Assembly (NCBI GenBank): GCA_973851085.1
Contig: OZ316775.1
Span: 3,162,001 to 3,226,000, forward strand
Length of the DNA: 64,000 nucleotides
Direction: 5' to 3'
From: Ptychomitrium polyphyllum
Lineage: Eukaryota
The position numbers and the translations under genes are program-made. Of this stretch, positions 54,007 through 64,000 are shown piece by piece. Numbering within the stretch: the stretch's first letter is position 1; each line of letters opens with the position of its first letter. The notes beneath the pieces are model-generated. The model searched no databases. It saw only the letters and a program-made list of their open reading frames with translations, and was not told the DNA's origin.

Positions 54007-56119
54007 TAGGCAACGCAAATCATCGAGGTTGGGCTTGCGATTCAGACATCGTTTGTGAGATTATCTGGTGCAGGAATCATTATACAGGTTTTTCGTTTTT
54101 TTTCCTTCGCATCACAGCATTGTGCAGTTATGATCGATCTTCCTTCACCTGCAGTGGCCTCCAAGCTGTTTACGGTTTTTATACCTGTCAGCGCGAACCC
54201 CCCTCCCCTCCCTCCTTTTTTTTGGTGAATTTCACGATCTATTGGGGTATTTGGAGCGAGCCCACTTTGCAGACCCAGGCCAAGGTTTTTTTTTTCTTTT
54301 CTTTTTTTTCCTTTCTCTTTTTATGGTTTTAGTTTTAGTTTAGTTTTTTTTTAAAATTTCTTCTTGAAAACTTTTTTCTTTTTTCTTCAGTACCACTTCA
54401 AGCTGCTCATGCGGTTCATGGAATGCAGAGCTGGTGGCTGTTTCTGAGAAAGTAAAAACACGTTCCTTTTGCACAATGGCTCGGCGCCTGTTTGTTTTTA
54501 AATTATGGAGTTCAATTGAGGTTTCGATAGAATTCTGGAAAAGGGTCTACATCAGGAATCGGTTGGACATGAATGATACCTACATACATGAAGTAGTCCT
54601 ATGAATGTGAAGGGATCTGTCTATGGAGAGTAGCATTGCAAACTAGGGTTGAGGGAACTATGGGAATCGATCACGGTTTCTCTCAAGTTGGATTATTACA
54701 GTGATACTCTTTGATTTTTCAGAACTTGTGGATGTCACTGTCCTTGTCATAACTGGGATTGATAGTGAAGTGGTCACTAACTGCATTGACTAAGTATCAA
54801 ATCATGGTGTACTCTAGTCCACCCCTAAATTTTTCACCGAGTGATAGCTAACAGCAGATCTAAGTGGTCCACATTTATAACAGTGGTTGGGGGGCAAATT
54901 TACTAACCTGTCACGTGTGGGATCTCTCAGCCTGCGTGAGCAACAGATTAAACGTGAGCTAAATGTCTTATTGCTTTTCTGAAACAAATCATTAGATATC
55001 CAATGCACAAGAGTTTTATATAATTTTCTTGCAAATGAATGATACATCACTTGTACGGTGGTATGATAGTACTATATATTCTACTGAAAAGCAAAGAAGA
55101 CACGGAGAGCTACCTCATACAAATCTCTTCAGTACTCGTGAGATTTGCCTCCGACCTCGTAAAATCTGACCGAATCTCTCCAAACTGCAAAGAGAATTCC
55201 TAGAGGAGAAAAGTCTCATGCTCCTTGCTGCATACTTCCCTGAAGATCACGATCTCCAATATCAGGCAAATCCTGATGATCAAGTTACCTTGTGACTGGT
55301 ACCGTATTCAGAAACAACGGAAGGGACACTGCTTCACGGTTTTAGAAGCCATCGCAGCCATTAAATATCTAAACCTTAGAGGTAATGCTCCTTGGCTGTT
55401 ACTTTTAAATTCACGAGAAAGTATCACCTCAGTTTTGTCATCAAACCGAATACCATGGGGTTAAATGAGAATATAAATCACACTGATCCCATTGCTTGTT
55501 TCTTCTCTTCTTCATTGAAAGTGATGAGTATGGCCATGGCTACGGAGGAAGGTTTAAATCTACCAGCAATTTAAGGCACAATGGAACCGCAACCTTGCAC
55601 CCACATCACAGTTCAATTCCTACGTAAAGAGCAATCCATCAGTGTAGTCAAAAGAGTTTCTAGAGAATTTTATAGTTAGCTTTCATAAAATGCGTGTCCA
55701 AGTATCTGGGCAAAGATGCCATTCTGGATCATATCAGTGAAAATTTATTTTTCACCTCAAGTGGACGCAAATATACACGAGAATTCGACCTTCAATGAAT
55801 GCCATTAATTGGTCTTCGCAATTGTAAACTAGAAACAGGACTCCAAGCTTTGCTCTGTACTGATCTACGAGAAGGTGAGGAGTTCAGCAAGAGATTCGCA
55901 CATCGTCGACATGTGTTAATAAGTTTGATAAACCCTAAAATCATCAAAACTAAGAGAATGTCACAACTGAAAAAGAGTTGTAATGCGGTGGAAATAGCTG
56001 AAACAGAAACATCTCTTCTCTTCTCTCAAGATTGATTGCAATGGGTTCTTAGCAGCCACTACTCATCTCGCACGGGCTTGCGCTCTCTGAAATTAGAGTA
56101 GAATCCGAGGAATGAGGGA

Positions 56120-56371
56120 TTACTTGGGCTCCATATATGAGAAGCCGTTGACCTCTCGACTCTTGAGCATTTCTAGCTGCTTGTGACCTCGCCTCATGAG
56201 AAACTCTACGCTTTGAAAATCCTTCTTATCGATTTTGGCATTCTTTCGAAACTCAGCGCCCACGAACAATTCTATGTCTTTCCGTGACTCCGCTGGCTTG
56301 GTTCGTGCTGCACGTAGAAATGATCGGTAGAGACTGAGCACCTGCTTCTGCATCCCCGACAACCTTGCCAT
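56120..56371 (-). CDS. SDHAF1: Succinate dehydrogenase assembly factor 1 (LYR-motif protein, LYRM8), 83 aa
   Basis: MARLSGMQKQVLSLYRSFLRAAR...EFRKNAKIDKKDFQSVEFLMRRGHKQLEML: LYR tripeptide, downstream EFR and the LSGMQKQVLSLYR start characteristic of plant SDHAF1. ATG at 56371; the ORF-track GTG start at 56434 is likely UTR. Confidence 0.93.
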   Translation of the reverse strand: MARLSGMQKQVLSLYRSFLRAARTKPAESRKDIELFVGAEFRKNAKIDKKDFQSVEFLMRRGHKQLEMLKSREVNGFSYMEPK

Positions 56372-56559
56372 CTTCCCAATCTCCCCTACTTTTCCCAAAT
56401 CTTTCCAGCCTGAGAACTGCCCAAGACTCACCACTCAAACCTCGTTAACGCGCAAATTCCAAATGAAAACCCCAGCATCCAATTGCAGGCCATGGAGCGA
56501 GGAACGGTCGCTTCGCACATAACTCTCAGCTTTTCAAAACCTTCTGAGGTGAACACCAC

Positions 56560-56568
56560 AAACCCTAA
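56560..56568. promoter_or_regulatory. Telo-box (AAACCCTAA) upstream of the SDHAF1 start codon
   Basis: Exact motif about 190 bp upstream of the ATG; telo-boxes are known in 5' regions of plant housekeeping genes. A short motif, so it could be chance (another copy lies at 55930-55938). Confidence 0.35.
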
Positions 56569-59500
56569 TTCTTAAAAGACAGTTGAATCGCAGTGGTGAC
56601 TTCAACAAAACGGAAAGTAGCAAAAGAGAGACGATCTTCACTGTAATCCAGTCTCACAGTAAGCTAGACAGAGCAAGTGAGACACACTGAAGAAAAATCT
56701 AGAATCAGAATCCGCAAGAAACTGAAAAATTTCATACCAGGGAAGCAAGATCGATAAATACCTCCACAGAGCAACCTCTCGGACCGTCAGAAGAGGATTA
56801 ATTAGCTGAGCGCCTGCGCACACCAAGTTGATTGGAAAAAAGAATCTGAAGAGGAATGCAGCAGCAGATTTGTACCTCGCCTGAAACAGTGCAACCCCAA
56901 CAGCATTCGACCGCTCCACAAAATTTGAAGAAAGTGCACGGAGCTCAGGCTCTGAATTGCAATCGCAGAGTGGTCAGGTTTCAGAAAACTGAAGAATATT
57001 CTGAATGATGGTTTGCGTTGCCTATCATCGGTGAAGAAAAGCAAAACTAATATTCATGCCATAGTGGCTCAAATGCTGAGGTGGCTGCCTGAGGTTGCGC
57101 CAGCAAGACTTAATGATAGAGAATGCAAAGTGGCCTTTGGCTTCGTCACTCTGTGCACAACTCCAATTGATGTCAACGTTGACACTGTCGTTTCGCTGTA
57201 TCCTAGTTGAGAAACGGAATTATGAGTATTGTTTTGTGAATTTCTCGATAGTGCTTGAAACTGGGACCCCTGGCAGTGCCCCAACGGAATTAGCTATGAT
57301 AACAAACAATGTGCTACAGAAAATCAGCTTTGAGATGTGCAACTTGTCAGAATCTGTGTTCAATTCCTCATCGTTGTGACTTCTAGCGTCGACTCCACAG
57401 ACTCAAGAAAGACGTTCGTATCTAAGCTTAAAGCCACTATGCCGATCATATTGCGAAAACCACATTCATACAATGTATCAGAAAGAATCACAGATAGTCA
57501 GTCATATGCCCTGCATTCGGAGTCTCCAATGAATTCTGCATTACAGCCACGTTCAGTTTCCTATCAACGAGTGCAGATTTTATAGGTACTTGCTCCTTAT
57601 ACTAACCCCGCTGTTGAAACTCCAACATGTAAGCTTTATGTCTTTTCCTAAGCTATGGAATGTTCAACTGACAGGTGCATCCTGAAACAGCATACAAGTA
57701 TAACTACTGTTCTTAGTTTGACAACGAACCCCTTCACAGGAGGCAGTGTTAACTATCCATCACCTTGTCCAACACCGTCATATAATATTCAAGTTTGATC
57801 ACCAATAAATCAGTTTTACCTTGGTTGGACAGGCTCAACGCCATCATCCGAAGTAGGAAGGAAAAAAGAACAGTCGTTTCCAGGGAAACACGGGAATTTG
57901 CAATTGAGGTGAAGCTTACGAACAGTGATGAAGTGCTACAAGCTTTCAACCACAAAACAATACAGTTTCATTCGGTGAATTTCCCCAAGTTTGTTTAGAC
58001 ATGCCCATTGTGTGGACTTCTTTACATTAGAGTGTCCCCTCTAGCAGTGCATTCTACAACCTTAGGATTTTCGAGAGGGTGTTGAAAAGTTGGACTACCC
58101 TGTGTATTTCCTTTTTGAGTGGAAATGCTCTCTCCATTTCTGTAGAACCTGTGCTCCCTCCAAACGATTTGGGCACAGTCTAACAATTCTATTATTATAG
58201 TAGAACTTTCACAGCAGAAGCTTCACAACACCCCAGATGGCGAGCCCCATGAACCATGGCATTGTCGCCGGAGTCTGCATTTAATCATGCATGGGGCTGC
58301 GCCATGCACATTCTATTTCGGTCCTCCGAGGCTCCCATGCATCCAAAACAGCCAGAGCTCATGGCTTGGTCGTTCCATAGCGGTGGGGGCCATTTCTAGG
58401 AGTCTAGAATCCATGTAAATAGAACACACTTCCTTAATGAAACTGTCCATAATAGTACTCTTGCAATGAAACTCGATCTTGTCGTTCTGTGCAATTGAGT
58501 GTTCCGCAAGCAAGGGAACCACACGACAGGAAGACTTGGTTTCATTTGTGCCGAAGCATTAAAGTAGTTTTTATATAATTAGTAATGGTACATCTTTTAC
58601 AACTTCATTTTGGTGTTAGTAAATAGTTTGTTTTGAAAAAATCAGTTACATGAAAGAGAAAATCGCCATATTAACACGCTTCTAGGGCCCCTGAACTTTG
58701 GCTGTTATTTGTTTGACCTTTGCATCTATATATGTCTTTAAGACAAAAGGTAGTGGTATGGAACTACTTCTTTCTTTCCAAAATAAATGTTATTTATTAA
58801 TGACTGATAATAAATTATTAAAAAATTAAAAGAGTGTATTTTTAGATTTGGATCTATATTAGATTTATTGTTGGTAGAATATAATATGTATATTATATAT
58901 ATTTTCTTTAAGTTTAAATCTTAATAGACTTCTATAAGCAATTGTGCATAAATAGTGGTTCAAGTGTGCTATTTGCAAGCTGAAAATCATTTGTACCAAT
59001 TGAAAGGATTATTTTCTTATTTGTGATAGTGTTGAGTATTGATAAAATAAATAATTTACACCACTATTAAAACTTTTGTTATAATCTATGGTGGATCTTA
59101 TAGATAGGAGAAAGAATTGCTTATATTCATGACTTCTTTTCTAGAAGAGATTACATATAGCATGATATATGGTTACTAACTTGATACATGGCTACTAGTT
59201 TGACTTTTGCTAAACTTCCATACACAATTGTATATGTAAATATAAAAATATTGACTTATTTTGTATATTAATAGCTTATTTGATATTCCATAGAAAGCAT
59301 GGGCAAATTTACAAACCATAAGAGTGAAATCACAAGATACTTTAAAAAATAAAAAATAAATAAAAATTATTAAAAATATAATATTATAATAGCCTAATTT
59401 CAAAGTTCAAAATACATTTACATTTAATATAGGGTAATTAAAAAACCAAGCTTAATAACATTTGAAATATGACTGATAACGGATTTAAGTTCTTATTCAA

Positions 59501-62500
59501 AAAAAATTAAAAACATTTTTTTAAAGAGAATTCTTTCATTAAATTCTTGCTTTACACATTTTTACGTGCTTTTTAATTTAAAATGCCTATCTATTTTTAT
59601 ACTAAGTATCCTTTTAAGAAATATAAATCCATGAATGATTTTTAAAGATAAAGAGTTGTTTAATTAGCCAAAATAAGAAAATTTAGAATTATATTTTTTG
59701 GTAATAAGCTTTATTGTGTAATCCAACACCATTGGTAATGTACAGTGAGTTCATAGAAGATTGTTGTATGCCTTTAAAAAGTGATTTTTGGTTTTTTACT
59801 CTTAAAATTTCTATTAAATGCATATTACGTCAGCTTAAAATGTCAATAAAGTGATGTTTTAAGATTTTATTTCTCTAAAAATCCAAAAATTAAAAATTAT
59901 GAATGAATATTCACTTCAAATTGTAGAAATAAGTTTGCATATTAAAATATAAAAATAAAATCATGACTTACATACAGTGTATGGAATTAAATTCCCTTCA
60001 AACTAAAAACTAATGTGAACGTCTTTTAAATTTCACAAATATAATTCTTAGTTTGAAATAATATGCTTTAAATACTTACAAAATAAAAGAGATTTCTATT
60101 ACTACTAAAACTATTACTATTAAAAAATTTGTAAACTATAATGTGTCTTATAATTTGAAAATATCAACTATATTCAATTCTTTTTTTGGAAGAAAATATA
60201 CATAGTTTGACATATGACTATTTATATTGATGTTACCAATGGAAACACAAAATAAAGATCTAAAATAGAAAAATGGAATATTTAAACTTTATATTAATAC
60301 CTAGGAATCATGACAAGGTATAAGGTTAAAAAGTCTAAATTAGACTAGAAGAGATGCATTGTTGAGATTGAAGATTCTTTTAACTTCAAAAAATAAAATA
60401 AAAAATATATATATATATTTCAGATTTAGAATTCCTTGAAAGCTTTTTAGGAGGCTATTAAAAACCTCTTTGAACCTCTTTGGACCTACTTGAATTTTTT
60501 GGAAGCTTCTATAATATATTATAAAAATAAAAAATAAAAAGAAATAAAAATTATATATATACATATATGTGATAATTGATGTTTTTAAAGGTATATTTTA
60601 GGAATGTATTATAGAAATATTAAATATTTATATTGGTACTTTTGTTGAAGGTATATACATGATTATTTTTGAATCAATTGTAGTTATTATAAATAATGCA
60701 ATATTCTATTTTAAATCATAATTTTGGTATTAAATATAAAAAATTTGTTGTTAATTATTTAAATTCAATGGATTGAATATTGAGGTTAAAATTTGAATGT
60801 TATAGTGACAAACAATGATATAAAAGTCATTTTGAATATAATACATTTTATTAACAAGCATTACAATGATATTTTTGGAATGTTATTACAAATGCACGAT
60901 AGGAGATAAGGTGGTGTTATATTTTGTAAACTATATTAATAAAATTTCTAACATTTATAAGTTTATTATATGTAGAAATTATGAATTGTTTCATTACCAA
61001 AATAACTATTGTATCTTAAATTATCATAATATGGATGTAGTGTTATTTTTTCTTAACAAATAAACATATTCCTTCATCCAAAGGTACAATTTTATTTTCA
61101 AAAGACTGCCAATTTAAGGTTAACAAACTTTATATTTTAAGCTACCAAATTCATGGTTTCATGCACTCACGGCTACATGTACTTACTATCATTTGTTGCT
61201 TTTCCATTTTTCAAAGTGAAAATGAATTACTTAAACTATTTAAGAATATTATGACAAAAAATGAAGTTTGTGTGAAGTTATTTAAATATAATTTGATCCA
61301 AATCAATCACGTAAACAACATTTTCATGATTAATTTTGAAAGAAGAGCAATTGGATCAATTTGTTTTAGGTTGAATGCTTTTAAACTACCACCTCTCTCA
61401 AATAGTTTTTTTTGGAGCCACTAATTGTAAGATCCAAAATCACTACAATTTATTACTTACAAGAAAACAAGCAAATTAATGTTATATCAAGTATTGAAAG
61501 GAAGTAGGTAGTAGTCTAGAATGCCATTGTGATTACAAATTGATATAACAATACTTTGGATATTGGGAACCTACATAACAATGTTGGATCACAAAGTAAT
61601 TTCCACTTTTGATAATAGTATTAGTTTCAATAATGGCGTTTCAAATTGTGAGATTGTGAAAATATGTGCGTTATTAATAAAACCCCCCTTTACGTGAAGG
61701 AGTAGCTCAGATTACTTAGCTCAGGTAATTTTTTTAAAGATAGCACTCCGGTGAATAGTTCAGATTACTTAAGTTGGTGGTAAGAGGACAGTCGACCTAA
61801 GCCCAGTGCCCACAAAGTCATGGACGCATTGCTTGATCGCAGTTATCGAATCTGAACTTGCTCCAAGGCAAAGGAATCAATCTAACAGTATTTTTTTTGT
61901 TGCTAGCCGGAGATTCCGCATTTTTGTAACTGTCTTCTACCTCGAATAGGCGAAACTTGAACTTGTCTTTGATTGGATTAGTCTGTAACGGTGGTGACTA
62001 GATCCGATGTAACACACATGATTTTTAATATGCTTGCTCTCTCTCAAGTTTCGATGATCGATCTTAGCTTCTTCGATTGGCGAATTCTGCAACAAAGTTG
62101 GCAGTTGGTAGTTTCTACTGTTTACCTGACAAATCTGTGTTACTCTTATACAGCTGGGAGGTTGAGGACTGTCGATGTCAGTTACATGACTAGTCCATGT
62201 TGAAAAGCAACCTCCACTTAAGAGTGAAAATTTTCGCATTAGGTTGGTTGCGAATTCCTTATGACTTCTGAGCAGAACAGTAACTTGATTTCCCTCATTT
62301 GGTCTTTTTGTGAATGCGCTTTTATGGTATTGCATTGGAACCTGTCAAGGTTTCCTTGAAAATCATTCTGCTGACATGTGGTTGAGGCAATACGAAAACG
62401 TCTCCGGAAGACGTACTTCTTGTGTTAAAGGAATCATTAAGTACAAGGTCGACTAGAACGAGAATAGCTACAATGAAATGTTTATTTGCAACACACGAGT

Positions 62501-63118
62501 TTCTTGATCAAGCAATGCTCGCTTTGTCAATTTCAACAGACCTCCTACAAGTGCAGGATATTCAAAAGGGATGTATGAGCCATCTTCATATGTACCTGAC
62601 TAGTGATCCAAGAAAGTATCTAAATTTTCTGAGGAAATAATTACGTGACTAGTCTGCTGAGAAAGTTGTGAGAAAGTAAGTATCTGAGTAATCGAGTCGC
62701 CAAAAAACTCTACGAGAAGAAATTTTCAACCAAAGCTTCGGAAACAATACGTCACCAAGTCCAGAGTCTTCAAAATCCACTTTAGCAGCTGCTTTGCATT
62801 TGTTTACGTGATCCAATCTGCCAAGTACAGACACACAGGAACAATCATGTATATCAGTATATTATACAATACAATTTTACCCCCTTGACCTTGAATGTTT
62901 AATAGACCGGTGCATAAGGCAGAGTTAGAGAATGCAATATACCGAGGTCGATATCGAGATTACTCACGCGAAGCACAAAAGCTGCAGAAATGCAACGAAA
63001 CAGATACCAAGGACACCAAGAACAGTGAGATCGTGAGTGAAGCTGGCTTCAGGTTTACATTACCTGATCAAGTGAGGATATTGAGCAGAGCTGCCACTGT
63101 CCTGCAGAAGCCCCTTGA

Positions 63119-63331
63119 TCACTGGTCGTAAACTGCCAGTGCATTAGGCGCCTCCTGCTCGGGTGCAACCTCCACTTGCTGGACAACTTGGTCATCGTCA
63201 TCATCGAAGAAACCCAAGTAGCGTAACTCATGCTCTTCTAGAGCAAGCTTGGGATGCAGAGTTGGAACATTACCCAACTCCACCGAGCTCCTAATCAATA
63301 TATCGTTCATGCTATTGTAATAACTGATCAC
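63119..63331 (-). CDS. Possible terminal coding exon of an unidentified gene (acidic C-terminus)
   Basis: Balanced-GC, CG-containing frame VISYYNSMNDILIRSSVELGNVPTLHPKLALEEHELRYLGFFDDDDDQVVQQVEVAPEQEAPNALAVYDQ*, preceded by acceptor-like CACTAG|G, with a donor-like CAG|GTAATG about 55 nt after the stop. No family recognised and upstream exons not resolved. Confidence 0.4.
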   Translation of the reverse strand: MISYYNSMNDILIRSSVELGNVPTLHPKLALEEHELRYLGFFDDDDDQVVQQVEVAPEQEAPNALAVYDQ

Positions 63332-64000
63332 CTAGTGCTAAGACAATTGATATCTAACTCTCTCGTAATTACTTTGCAAAGCAGATCAAGTGATCCACCG
63401 TGATTGGGAGCTTGGCAAGGGGGGAGTGTAATGGCGACTGATTGGAACAACTAACTTTTATATTGATCCAAGGGACCTGCTATTCTCAAGACTCACAGAT
63501 TATGTTGTATCTTGTGGACATGAGATGATCTGGCCATGGGATTGCCAATATTGGCGGTAGGTACGTGATACTGGAATTCCAGTAAGTGTTACTGGACTAC
63601 AGTGTTATTATTCCTGCATCAAGGACAATGTAGGAATTCGTCACGTAAAACTGTGAGGATTTAAATTGAACTTGGAAAGTCATCAAGTTTCTGCATTTAA
63701 CCTTATTTTATTGCAGAAGTATCCTAGCACCAAGCACAGTATTAACTGCTACTAGCCTAAATATGAGGGTAGTGCACGCCCACGAAGTGGGGATTAATAC
63801 CGGTTATCAGTGGACTCGCACGCGGGCCGTAATTCCAGCAATTTTAAACTACGGTTCGCCAAGAATTCTATGAAACCTCCTATTCATGTTCATTGAAACA
63901 TTCACTAAACAAGAATTACCACAAACTGCGCAGATGATCAAGTTTGGGGGAGAAAATCGTCTAACTTTGAAGATGCTGTCAGACGAAAAAGGGTCGCACA

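Overview
Eukaryotic nuclear DNA, most likely from a non-seed land plant (bryophyte-like; inferred from gene content and composition, not proven). Three genes are well supported: (1) the 3' part of a spliced P2-type cation-transporting P-type ATPase at 1-1862 (+) with unusual, prokaryote-like M5/M6 ion-binding helices; (2) a two-coding-exon BES1/BZR1-family transcription factor of the non-canonical (BAM-like/type-B) kind at 52488-54006 (+); (3) an intronless LYR-motif succinate dehydrogenase assembly factor SDHAF1 at 56120-56371 (-). A possible further coding exon lies at 63119-63331 (-). About 46 kb (2.4-48.6 kb) has no recognisable intact gene. It alternates very AT-rich blocks lacking both CG and CAG/CTG with islands lacking mainly CG, and contains a CG-rich promoter-like island at about 7.8-8.7 kb, a 0.5-kb dispersed duplicate with a mosaic identity profile, a decayed Tourist/Harbinger-like MITE pair, short tandem repeats and a 100-N scaffold gap. 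No rRNA, tRNA or CRISPR array was seen, and I cannot demonstrate a new multi-gene system. The best leads are the atypical ATPase, the non-canonical BZR and the methylation-footprint architecture of the gene-poor block.
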